Part shown: piece after piece, positions 49,101-59,800 of the stretch
How positions within the stretch are numbered: the first letter of the stretch is position 1
Layout of the letters: each line of letters starts with the position of its first letter
NCBI GenBank assembly: GCA_002269645.1
Contig: NIVC01000035.1
Location: 735,362-799,361, forward strand
Direction: 5' to 3'
DNA length: 64,000 nucleotides
Origin: Macrostomum lignano
Taxonomy: Eukaryota
Notes under the pieces: model-generated
Seen by the model: the letters and a program-made list of their open reading frames with translations, nothing else
Database searches by the model: none
What the model was told of the DNA's origin: nothing
Program-made: the position numbers and the translations under genes

Positions 49101-50187
49101 GATCGCTCGCCTGCACGTTTGGTTTCCGGGAATCGACCAACAGATTGAAAGAGCTGTGGAACAATGCAAGGGATGCGAACTGCAGCGAAGCAAACCACCA
49201 GAATCTGCTGTTCACCCGTTGAGTTGGCCAGAAAAGCCATGGACGAGACTTCAGGCAGATTTTTTCGGACCGTGTTTCGGATTCAATTGGTTCGTAATCG
49301 TGGATGCCACATCAAAATGGGTAGAGGTTTTTCCAATGTAAGTCGGCAGTGCCGCGAACACCATTCAACGCTTTCGAGAGACATTTGCTCGGTTTGGAAT
49401 ACCTCGACAGATACTGACCGACAATGGAAGCCAGTTTGCATCACAGGAGTTTGCTGAATTCACCAAGCGAAATAACATCCATCACATCTTCAGTGCTGTA
49501 GGACATCCAAGAACCAACGGGCTCAGTGAGCGAATGGTTCAAACAGCCAAGAATGCGATCAGAGCAGGCATGAAGAGGCACGGTGATGCCATGCTGAGCC
49601 TGCACAATTTCCTATTCCGCTATAGAAGCACGCCTCATAGCACAACGGGCAAGTCACCTGCAGAGATGATGCTTGCGTATGCAAGGCGCACAAAGCTGGA
49701 CTTCCCGAAGCCAGACACATACGGGAGAGTCCTGGATTCGCAAAGTAAGCAGATGATGCGCCGGGAACATATTCCTCACCGAGAGTTTCAGGCTGGAGAT
49801 ATAGTGCTAGCTCTTGATTTCAGGAGGGAAAAAGAAAACAAGTGGGCTCAAGCCAAAGTGTTGAAACAGACTGGGCCGCTGTCCTACCACGTGGAAGTCA
49901 ACGGACAAATCTAGAAACGACACGTGGATCATCTGATCAAATCTGAAACCGAAGTTGTGCCCCAGCCACAGTGTGATTTCGACACAGAACTAACGCAAGC
50001 ACACAATGCCAAGAATAGCTACAAGTTGAAAAAGGATGCAAAAGAGGAAGCTGAATCGACGGGACCAAATCTAGAGCATCATGGTCAGACTGGCAAGTCT
50101 TCGCGGGCCATAGAAAAAACTCGAAAGTTAGCCGCGTCATCAAGCTTCGATATCAAGCCAAAGGACGGCCAAGATGTGAAACAGTAG
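46177..50187 (+). pseudogene. Degenerate Ty3/Gypsy (Mag-like) gag-pol
   Basis: Gag W..F.KRL..LF, ER..F..R.Q..GE, LRDRLVCG and two CCHC knuckles; protease IDTGAD; RT AYIDD; RNase H TDASKYG; integrase HEGHPG, C..C, TDNG, NGLSER. About three frameshifts and in-frame stops at 48526, 49339 and 49912; no 3' LTR or PPT seen. Confidence 0.92.
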
Positions 50188-50219
50188 GCCTACTAGGGGC
50201 GATTGCTCTCATTGAAAGT

Positions 50220-50251
50220 ATCCCACTGCTGTCACCAAGTTGTATTAGGGG
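50220..50251 (-). other. Orphan LTR-end plus tRNA-Leu PBS junction
   Basis: Minus strand CTAATACA-ACT-TGGTGACAGCAGTGGGAT has the same geometry as the real junction at 62472-62500 and 16/18 PBS identity. Confidence 0.7.
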
Positions 50252-50621
50252 TTATTCATCTGTCTTTATGAATTGTCCTAAAGCTATTACTGAGTTATAT
50301 TAGGGCTTCTTTTTATACTTTTTATACTTTCTATATCAAATATCGAAAAACACTTCGTGAATATTTCTTGAAAACTCATTGTTATACGTTCACTATTAAG
50401 GCTTGCTTTGAGACTTGAGTCCGCAAACCAAGTTAATTGTCTCTTCTGGCTCCAAAAACTTGTCTATTTATACTAGCTTTGATTTTTGTTTAAAAAAAAA
50501 TAATAAATTGGAGAAATATTTCTGAAAATACAAACAGTAAAACAAAGTTTTCTTAGTTTTGCACGAGTTTGAAATGCATATGGTATGGATAGATGATTTT
50601 GTACATTTTGTTACAGGCCTA

Positions 50622-52218
50622 GGGATCGGATTCCCCGAGCGATATTCCAGATCGATATTCGGAAACAACACAGATACTAATATAACTAGATGGGCCACTC
50701 AGGCATAGGTACTTAGTAAAACTGCTTTCTACTTTCAGTTCAGTAGCAAAGAAGAATACATAAGCTATTTTATAAAAATAAAGACGGCTGAAACGACTGA
50801 TAAGTTTTGAAGCCCAAAGCTTGCAGGCGTAAACAGCTTGCTAATTGGTTCAGCAATAATGTACATTGGCCAGTCCACTGAAATGTACATGGCCGCTTTA
50901 GGCTGGAATTACGAGAAATGCAATAAAAATTTGGGGCGGGGCGGTGGGTAGTGTGGAAAGGCGCGGTTGGAGGGTTTAAGCGAGGGGGGGTAAGAGCCAA
51001 TAAATGAGCCGTGGCTTTAAAAATGAATTAAAATGCTTCGGTTTGACTTACTACTGAACTGAAAGTAGCTTACATGCAAATTTGCAGTGGCCCATCTAGT
51101 TATTCTAGTATCTGGGGGAAACAACAAAAATCTCTGCTTTTAAAGCACCAAATGCCATGATTTTTTACAGAAAAAACATCACCCACGAGATAAACTGACT
51201 TGAAAAAAATCAAGATTGAAAGATTGAAAGGATTTTTTACAATTTGCAAAAAACTGGTGCTTCCCTATCTCCACAGTGTATTAAATTGATATTCGATTTC
51301 GAGTACTTCTGCTTGCTCTCTGTCGCTGAAAATTGACATGCAGGGCTTCACCCAGACACTAATCGATTATCATAACTCAAACTGAACTCAAAGCTTCATG
51401 CTCGAGAACTATTCGAGAAAAACTGATGTTCCTTTTTCTACAGTATAGTGTAACATTTTTTATTGAGTTGAAAGTTTTTTTTGCACTGAATAAATTATAA
51501 TTTAAATGAAATTCAATTAGCTTTTTAGTCTAAATCCTTTAATTAAATAATAACTTAATCATTAGGTTAAAATAGCGGACGCAACACTCGCCGATTGTGG
51601 AAAAAAGTTTAAAAGGCATGTTACAGCATAGCACGCGCATTTTCATCTAGCAAAAATGAAGCAAAACAAGCAGTTTTTGTTTCTTTCTGCTGTTAAATGC
51701 ATTCTATGGGTCACATTGTAAACCAAATGCTTTGAGTTCAGTTTGAGTTAATATGATAATCGATTAGTGTCTGGGTGAAGTCCTGCATGTCAATTTTCTG
51801 CGACAGCTGTGAGCAAGCAGAAGTACTCGAAATCGAATATCAATCTAATACACCGTGGAGATAGGATCACATCAGTTTTCTCGAATAGTTCTCGAGCATG
51901 AAGCTTTGAGTTCAGTTTGAGTTATGATAATCGATTAGTGTCTGGGTAAAGCCCTGCATGTCAGTTGTCAGCGACAGAGAGCTAGCAGAAGTACTCGAAA
52001 TCGAATATCAATTTAATACACTGTGGAGATAGGGAAGCACCAGTTTTTTGCAAATTGTAAAAAATCCTTTCAATCTTTCAATATTGATTTTTTTCAAGTC
52101 AGTTTATCTCGTGGGTGATGTTTTTTCTGTAAAAAAATCATGGCGTTTGGTGCATTAAAAGCAGAGATTTTTGTTATTTCCGTATATCGATCCTGAATAT
52201 CGCTAGGGAATTATCCCC
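50622..52218. mobile_element. Long-TIR (foldback/Mutator-like) non-autonomous element
   Basis: About 350-bp imperfect inverted arms: left 50622-50668 plus 51117-51428 (split by a MITE), right 51870-52218. An extra partial arm copy lies at about 51728-51865. TSD not identified. Confidence 0.8.
50669..51116. mobile_element. 448-bp MITE of the same P-like TIR family as 17388-17981
   Basis: TIR C(A/C)CAGATACTA(A/G)(T/A)ATAACTAGATGGGCCACT; 8-bp TSD GGAAACAA at 50661-50668 and 51117-51124. Confidence 0.87.
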
Positions 52219-53913
52219 GTATTGAAAGAAGCCTTTGGGCCTTTTCATATTGCTTGCTCTGGTTCCAGAACCAGAACTAATTTGTGAAGTATAACTTTTT
52301 GTCTCCATAACTAGAGGGAGATACGTGCTATAAAGTTTTTATTATTGAATGACAATCGCCAAGAAGAAAGTGAAAAATTGTGCTAAGTTATGTTGTTAAG
52401 GCAGTCAAATATTAACAGAGTTTAATAGTTATACTGCTGTTTTTCTTGGAATTCCGAACCGATTCTGGTTCTGGAATTGGTAATATGAAAAGGCCCTTTT
52501 ACAATAGTTAAAGACAAGTTAAAACAAATTATATAAAATAAAGTCTTTTTTTTCAAATGCTTGTGAAAGTTTGTAAAATGTAACCAAAAAAGTTTTGTTA
52601 AATTAGACATTTCGCATCAAGAATGTAGTGGTACAATAAGGGACACTTGACATTTTTTCATTTTTTCATTTTTCTCCGCATGGCCATATTTTTGCAAATC
52701 CCTTTTTCCAACATTGTAACAAATAGAAAGACCTTATTAGGCATACAAGAAAATTGTTTTGCTTATTTTTCAAGTCACAAACATTTTTGCTTATAAGGCC
52801 ACCCAACCTTAAAGTAGCAAACATTTTTGGAAAGGACTTTTAAAACTCACAAGGATAAATAATGGATAAAAAACTTAATGACAAGGAAAAGCTAATTTGC
52901 AATTAAGAATTCAATTATATTAAAGGAACTATCCAAATTATACACAATTTTTTATTTCATTAATTGTCACTAAATTTGCCTAGATTTTTGCCAAATTTGC
53001 TTTCACTGAATTGGTCCATTTTGAATCTCTGTTACCAAATTTATATTTTGTTGCCAAATTGGTCAGCATCCATATTGAATAGGGCCTTGAAGGTTCTGTT
53101 AGATTCTTTTAGCTGTAGTAGATAGTCTTGTAGGCCCCTAGTCTTATACTAACTGCAGATGTCCTGGGTGAAGTTTTGCTAGTCCACAATGGTCTAGACA
53201 GCAATGTTTTTGCATTGCTGCCAAGTATTTTCCTACTTGGCCTACATAGCCGGTATAGCCCATTAGTAAATAAATAAGGTTGATTAGCTAGGTCATACTC
53301 ATAGGCAAATGACTGGCCTCAAAGAAGGATCCCTTTTGGATAAATGCTTATGTCTGGCATTGAAGGCAAGCCTAGTAGGGCCTAGCAGCCATCAATGAAA
53401 TGACCATTTTTCTATTTCTGTAGCTACACTGATAGCTGCCTAGGATAGGTGGCATAGCATTGTTGGTTGGCCAGTAAATGGTATATAGGCACATAGCCAA
53501 CTAGTAAATAATCACTTTGTTGATGGCTGTTATTATAATCAAATTGCACATTGTTAGGTTAAATTTGCATAGGTTTGCTGCAGGTTATGCATTTGCAATA
53601 AGGTTTAAAATAGTGGTTGTGGCAGGGTGTCTAGCCATGATTAAAGAAGAGTTATTGATCAATTAACAAAGTAAGCTAAGCAAAAAATCTCTTAGAATCC
53701 TAGACCCTTTCTTCCATTCTCTTTCCTTTTCCTCTCTTTTCTCTCATTTTATATCAAGTTTGAAGTCTTTATGTGGAGCAAACTTATGGCAGCTAAATTT
53801 AAGCCACTTTTAAAACCTCTTACGCATCTGGGCCCAGATTAGGAAGGAAAAGGTGAGCAAAGTTTAAGTTGGCTTTCATTCTAAAAAAAGAGACTAACTT
53901 TAAAAGTATATAA

Positions 53914-54920
53914 TGTCGTAGGCCTTTTGGCTCTCTATAAGAATTTCACCGTTATGCCACCAAGTTGTCGTAGATGTTTCACCTCCTACTTTATCAATTT
54001 TAATCTCACCGCTGATACCAAAGTTGTACTAGGTGTGTTTCCTGTGCACTGAGAATCCTACTAGATGCCACCAAAGTTGTAACAGGGGTGATTCTTTCTT
54101 CTTAATAATAATTTCACACTGTCACCAAAAGCTATCACAGGGCTAATTTACTAATCTCTTAAGTTGGTAGCTGCCACCAGGATTATCCTATTAATAAATT
54201 GTGAGTTTATCAATCTTAGAATAATCCGAGAAATGTTTCTTAGAATAGGTCTGGGTATTTAGTCTGAGTATTTAGTCTGAGTATTTAGTCTGAGTATTTA
54301 ATCTGAGTATTTAGTCTGAGTATTAGTCTTAGAAAAACTGTTAGCCCTGAGATTTAACTCTTCTAATTATTCTGGTAGCGTTCTATTATTCTGGTAGTGT
54401 TCTACTTAATAATGGCCTGAGCGGTATTTTGGCTTACTGGTATATGTATTTCATGTACTTTGCAAGTCCTTGGGCGTTACCGAGATCAGAGGGTCACAGC
54501 CTCCGGTTATTCTTACACGTATTACTTCAGATCTACTTCGCAACTTCTTACTACTCAACACTTTCCTTCTTAGTAGTATATATGGTCCACACTTCCGTCT
54601 ACTTCACTCTTACTTCTTGAAAGGAATTAACACAGAAAACACTTCTTCAATTCTTATTTTCTCGGAACTCTTACTATTCGTTATAACTGTATTATTAGTG
54701 AACCGCGATGCGCGAGGTTGGCAAGTTGCTCCTTCCTCCGCTGAAATTTGCTTGTATTTATAGTAAAATTCTAGTAGATTTTAAACAAAAATTAGTTCGC
54801 GTAAAATATTATACAAAACACGAATATTAAAACAAAAATGCGTCGTAGTTATTTGGCGTGAATTTAAAATGTAATAACCGATAGCTATTTTTAGAAAGAA
54901 ATCGGGAGGGGCCCTTTACA
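53914..54920 (-). repeat. 3' LTR of Gypsy element
   Basis: Direct repeat of 62493-63499 (offset 8579); the only difference I saw is 54398 T vs 62977 C. Confidence 0.97.
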
Positions 54921-54933
54921 ACCTGCCTCCCCT
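54921..54933 (-). promoter_or_regulatory. Polypurine tract of Gypsy element
   Basis: Minus strand AGGGGAGGCAGGT, preceded by a T run, directly abuts TGTAAAGGG of the 3' LTR. Confidence 0.85.
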
Positions 54934-55269
54934 AAAAAAAAATTTTTAAACGAGCTTACTACAGTCTACTATAAGTATGCGAGTGCAAAAATTTTAAAAT
55001 GCAAGAAAAGGTGCATAAACGAAGTGCTAAAAACTAAACAATTTGTGAATACTACGTGCAATAGTCATGAGCAAAGTATTAGGCACAAAATTATGTGATA
55101 AAGGCATAAAACAAAACAATCGGATAAGCAGTAAAGTGATAGATCATGTGTGGCAATTACCATTGAATAAAACAGAAAAACTAGTAAACTAGATTTGGAA
55201 GATTAGAAACAACATAGAAAAATACGATGGAAACGATCGGAAAAGCACACCGGTAATAAGAAAACCTGC

Positions 55270-56346
55270 CTAGAATTTGCAAGGGTTCGGGAGTTCGCGA
55301 AAATAGGGCCAGCCTAGGAGGCCAAAAATCCACCGCAATTCAATGTTTAGTAGGCGTCGCTGGGTTACCTGAGAATCAGCTCTCATGATGCGCTGGAGCT
55401 CTTCGGCGATGTGCTGGAGAAGCGCCACTGCCTCGGTTGATGAGCATAGTTCGCGCAGCGCTCTGATGGCGGCCCAAGCCTGCGAACGTTGCGGCAGCGC
55501 TTGATCTAAGCGCAAGTGGCCGATGCGCTGCAAATATTGCATCAGGCCGAAACGAACTCGTTCGACCGGCTCGCCTGTCTCGATGAGGCGTTGTGCCACC
55601 TCCTGGTAGCTTCCTGCGAGCTCAGGTCGTGGCGGTCGTGGTGCAGCGGCAGCGGCGGCTTGCTGACGGGGCGCGGCGGCGGCGACCTGCTGGCGCGGTG
55701 CAGCGGCGGCGGCGGCCTGCTGGCGAGGTGTAGCAGCGGCCTGCTGGCGCGGTGTAACGACGGCAGCGGCCTGCTGGCGCGGTGCAGCGGCGGCGGCGGC
55801 CTGCTGGCGAGGTGTAACGACGGCGGCTGCGGCATGCTGGCGTCGCCCCGATGGTGGAGCACTTGCTGGGGGCTGGAGCTGAACTGTCCGTCGCTCGAAT
55901 GCTGCGCTGCTGGCTGCCGATCCTTGACTCGAAGGTGCCGCATAAACTCGCACAGGAGCAGCGGCGGCGGCCTGCAGGATGGCTGCCCGCTTCGGTGGTG
56001 TCGGCCCGTCCACCTGCAGTCGTTGGCTCGACGTTGGCGATGGCGGCCTCGGCCGCTTGCTGGAGTCTCCTGGAAGCTTTGGTCGTGTTGAGCAACGTAA
56101 TGGTGCCTCGATCTCCGCTGATGCTGACGGTCTCTCTCGCGGGCTTGACGCGCTCGGGGCTGGCGGAGTCGGCGGTCTTGGAGCTGGAGCGGGCGGCGGA
56201 GTCGGCGGTCTTGGAGCTGGGGCGGGCGGCGGAGTCGGCGGTCTTGGCGCTGGAGCCGGCTGTCTCGGTGCTTCGTCTTCTGACAGGTCGCTATCTGACA
56301 GGGCTCCGCCCAGCAATTCTTCCAAAATATCGTCAACGTGGCTCAT
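55270..56346 (-). CDS. Accessory ORF3 of the Gypsy element (358 aa, non-envelope, unknown function)
   Basis: Uninterrupted ATG-to-stop ORF, sense with gag-pol. Acidic N-terminus, PAPAPRPPTPP x3, PRQQAAAA repeats and a ~100-aa helical-looking C-terminus. No signal peptide or long TM segment. Confidence 0.8.
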   Translation of the reverse strand: MSHVDDILEELLGGALSDSDLSEDEAPRQPAPAPRPPTPPPAPAPRPPTPPPAPAPRPPTPPAPSASSPRERPSASAEIEAPLRCSTRPKLPGDSSKRPRPPSPTSSQRLQVDGPTPPKRAAILQAAAAAPVRVYAAPSSQGSAASSAAFERRTVQLQPPASAPPSGRRQHAAAAVVTPRQQAAAAAAPRQQAAAVVTPRQQAAATPRQQAAAAAAPRQQVAAAAPRQQAAAAAAPRPPRPELAGSYQEVAQRLIETGEPVERVRFGLMQYLQRIGHLRLDQALPQRSQAWAAIRALRELCSSTEAVALLQHIAEELQRIMRADSQVTQRRLLNIELRWIFGLLGWPYFRELPNPCKF

Positions 56347-56430
56347 ATTCGCTATAACAGAATTTCTAGTCTCCTAAGAACGAACTAATTGCTGTGAAAT
56401 ATGAGGTTTTGTGAGCTCTATGGGGTTTCG

Positions 56431-56559
56431 TATTTATATGCGGCCAGCCGAAAAACTGGACCGCATCGTTGTGTTCGCGCTTTCGAAGGGGTTTTAATGG
56501 GGTCACGTGTCCGTCAACCATAGTGGCTTTCTAGCGTTCGCTTCGCGGGCTCTCATTGG
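56431..56559 (-). promoter_or_regulatory. Candidate internal promoter of ORF3
   Basis: On -: CCAAT (56555-56559), CACGTGAC E-box (about 56502-56509) and TATAAATA (56431-56438), about 85 nt before the ORF3 ATG. Confidence 0.55.
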
Positions 56560-56881
56560 CTCAGAGCAGCGCACCGTTGCTAAGCGTTGCTAGGATTATT
56601 TATTGTCTTCGGATTCCTTCACACAATTCTCTCATTTCTACTACTAGTAATGCGCAATGTTTTTGTGTTTTTATATTTTTAAACTTTTTATATTTTTGTC
56701 AATTTTTATTATTTACAACAGATTTCTATATACAGAGCAATTTTTTAAGCAAATTCTATTTACAATTTGATACTTGATATGGTACAAATTCGATCATTTC
56801 AGATAATGGCCGTATCGCCTGCGGGGGGCGAATCCTGAGGTGACAACTCTCTCACTTCTTGGTCTCAAATTATAATGCGGC

Positions 56882-59800
56882 CTATGCTTCAATCCTTTCG
56901 TCTTCATTTCTTTCTCTCCTATCTAATTCTAATGCATCATCTGTTTCGGCTGGCTCAGTTTTCTCACTATCTGTTGACTCATCTTCTTGTTCAAATTCTT
57001 CTTCGTTTGGTTCTATCTCATTCTGCTCAATCTCATCGTCATTCGGATTGATTGCCCTGGTTCTCCACTGGATTTTTTCGTCTTCGGAACTTTCGCTTAA
57101 TACTTCGACTGGCTCCATCTGTTTTCCTGTCCGTTTTGGCTGTCGCTGTTGCTGTGGCCTTCTCTTAATTTTCAGTTCCTTCTTTTTCTGATTGTTAGTT
57201 GGCTTTTCTTTCGGTTCTGCTTCTTTGTTCTGTTTATCCGGCAAGTCTATTTCTGAGTTAGGCACTGGGGTGAGATTGTTCCGATGCACGAGCATCTTCT
57301 CGCCGCTTCTCACTCCGTCTATCTCTCTTTGCACTCGAAAGACTGTTTCAGAAATTTGCGCAAGTACCCTGAATGCTGCTCTTTTCTTGCGATGGAACTT
57401 GTGACTTTCCTCGCTATGTAACTGCGGATTATTGATCAATGCGAGGCATCCAACCGGTACATGCTTCGGTGGTTTATTCTCAGCATTGTCTCCTTCTCGT
57501 CGGTCTCTTACTTTTTCCAACTTTTTCTGCACGATTTTCTGCGCTTCTTCAAGTCTTTCGGCATGACTCAGCACGTAGCTTGGATAGTCATAGTATAGCC
57601 TAGGTTTTCGGATAATGCTGTCAATTCTGAGGTCTGCTTCTCTGCCAAATAGCAGGTAGTGCGGGGTGAACCCGGTAGTCTGGTTCACACTGGTACGCAC
57701 AGCTACCAAAGCTGCGGGAATTAGCAGATCCCAATCGGAATGGTCTTTCTCTACTAGGCACGTTATTATCGACTTTATCTGCTTATTGAATCTCTCCACG
57801 AGTCCATTACTCTGCGCGTGATACGGTGTAGTACAGGTATGCTTGATGCCATACATCCTACAGAATGCCTGGAACTGACGGCTGACGAATGTCTTGCCAT
57901 TGTCGGTGTGGATCCACTGGCATTGTCCGTATTCGCTAAAGATTCTCTCTTGTATAACCTTAATCACTGTATCCGATTTCTGATTTCGCACTGGAAACGC
58001 AAAAGGAAACCGAGTGGTGCTATCTACTACTGTCAGTACGTAGCGATGACCTCGTCGGCTCTCTTTCGAGATCGGTCCTATCAGGTCAATATGAAGCCTA
58101 TGAAACGGTTCGCATATTGGAAAGGACTGCACTGGCGCCTTCACCTTGTTTCCTGCCTTACTCTCTAAACACGGAATGCATTCCGAAATATACTTCTCTA
58201 CTGCAGTTGCTAGCCCTGGTCGCCAAAATCGATCGCGTACACGTTGCAGTGTTTTATCACGACCCAGGTGACCTGCGAGAGGACTGTCATGCAACTCTCG
58301 GAAAACCTCTCTCTCTATATTCTCTGGCAACACGACCTTTCTTGTCCCGTCTTCGTCTATGGTCAAAAGTTCATCTTCTAGCTTCATCTGCTGATAGAAC
58401 TTCGCCATCTGCTTCAGCTCTCTAGCTGCATCTCCTGGTAATTCCGGCTCTCGGATCTTCTGCTCTTTCCAAGCTATCAGCGTCCTTGTAGAAGGGTTGT
58501 CACGCTGAGCTGATGTCAGCTGCTCCTTCTTAAGCGGGACGAAGAGATAGTCGGTCAGGAGTTTCCGACAAGCGGTTCCCTCAAAACTCTCTTCCGCATC
58601 CTCATACACTTCTTCATCATCAGCGAAATAGTCGCTGGCGTCTTCGTACTCATCTTCTTCGTCTTCGAAATACTCTCTTGCATCCTCGTACTCTTCATCT
58701 CCTTCCACTTCTTCTCTAATCGGATCGGTCTGGCAGCTCTGGTGCTTGCAGCTTGAGATTTCGGTCTGACTTCGGTTTACCGTAACGGTAGGAGTTTTCC
58801 TACCTGGACCTGTCTCAGCTTTGATGCACTTTTCTGCCTTAGCCTCCTGATTATTCTCTAATCGTTCTGCGGGTCGTCTGGATAGTCCGTCTGCATTGGT
58901 GTGTTTAGCACCGCTGCGATGTTCAATGTCATATTGAAATTCGCTTAACCTCTCGATCCATCTACCGAGGATTCCCTGCGCTTCAGTCTGGCGAAGTAAC
59001 CACAGAATAGCGCGATGGTCTGTTCTTGCCAGGAATCTCTTTCCGATGAGATAGAATCGGAAGTGTTTCATTCCGTCAACTAATGCTAGCAATTCTTTTC
59101 TCGTGATTGGATACCTCTTTTCTGATTCCTTCATGGCTCTGCTAAAGTACGCAATGGGTCTTTCGACTCCATCGGATTGTATCTGACCTAAGCAGGCTCC
59201 GATTCTATCATCACTCGCATCAGTGTCAAGCACCATTCGCACTTCTTCGTTGTCTGTGAACTCTGGGTAGGCTAGAACTTCGGTTGATGTCATTTTCTGC
59301 TTTAGTAGCGCAAAGGCCTCATCATGGCTCTTAGTCCATTTTTCTTTAAAATTCTGAATTCCCTTCTTAGTTAGCTGGAAGAGCGGGTGCGCTGCTTCTG
59401 CGTAATTCTTCACGAACCTGCAGTAATAGTTACAAAGGCCTAGGAAGCTTCTTAATTCTTTAACGTCCTTAGGCGTCGGCCATGACTGGATTGCTTCTAT
59501 CTTAGCTGGATCTGTCTTAATTCCTTCTCTGCCAACTATGTGTCCTAGGTACTTAAGTTCCTTCTGGAATAGATTACATTTCTTCGGCCTTAACTTTAAT
59601 CCGGCCGTTACTAGTCTCTGGAATACTTCACGTAAATGACTTAAGTGATCTTCGAATTTCTCTGAATAGGTTACTATGTCGTCAATGTAAGACATAGCGA
59701 ACTTGTGCTGAATTCCCATTAATACTAAATTCATTAATCGCTGGAATGTTCCAGGTGCGTTTGATAGTCCCTGCGCCATGACCTGATACTCGAACTGTCC

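Noticed and set aside
54429-54763. ORFs within the Gypsy LTRs (also 63008-63342) and BEL LTRs (25991, 31534)
   Set aside because: Short, non-ATG starts, duplicated only because LTRs are duplicated.
55270-56346. Calling ORF3 an env gene
   Set aside because: No signal peptide, cleavage site, Cys pattern or membrane anchor; length and composition do not fit.
55516-56377. Overlapping antisense and alternate-frame ORFs over ORF3, the GPCR and the pol genes
   Set aside because: Expected shadows of GC-rich coding sequence.
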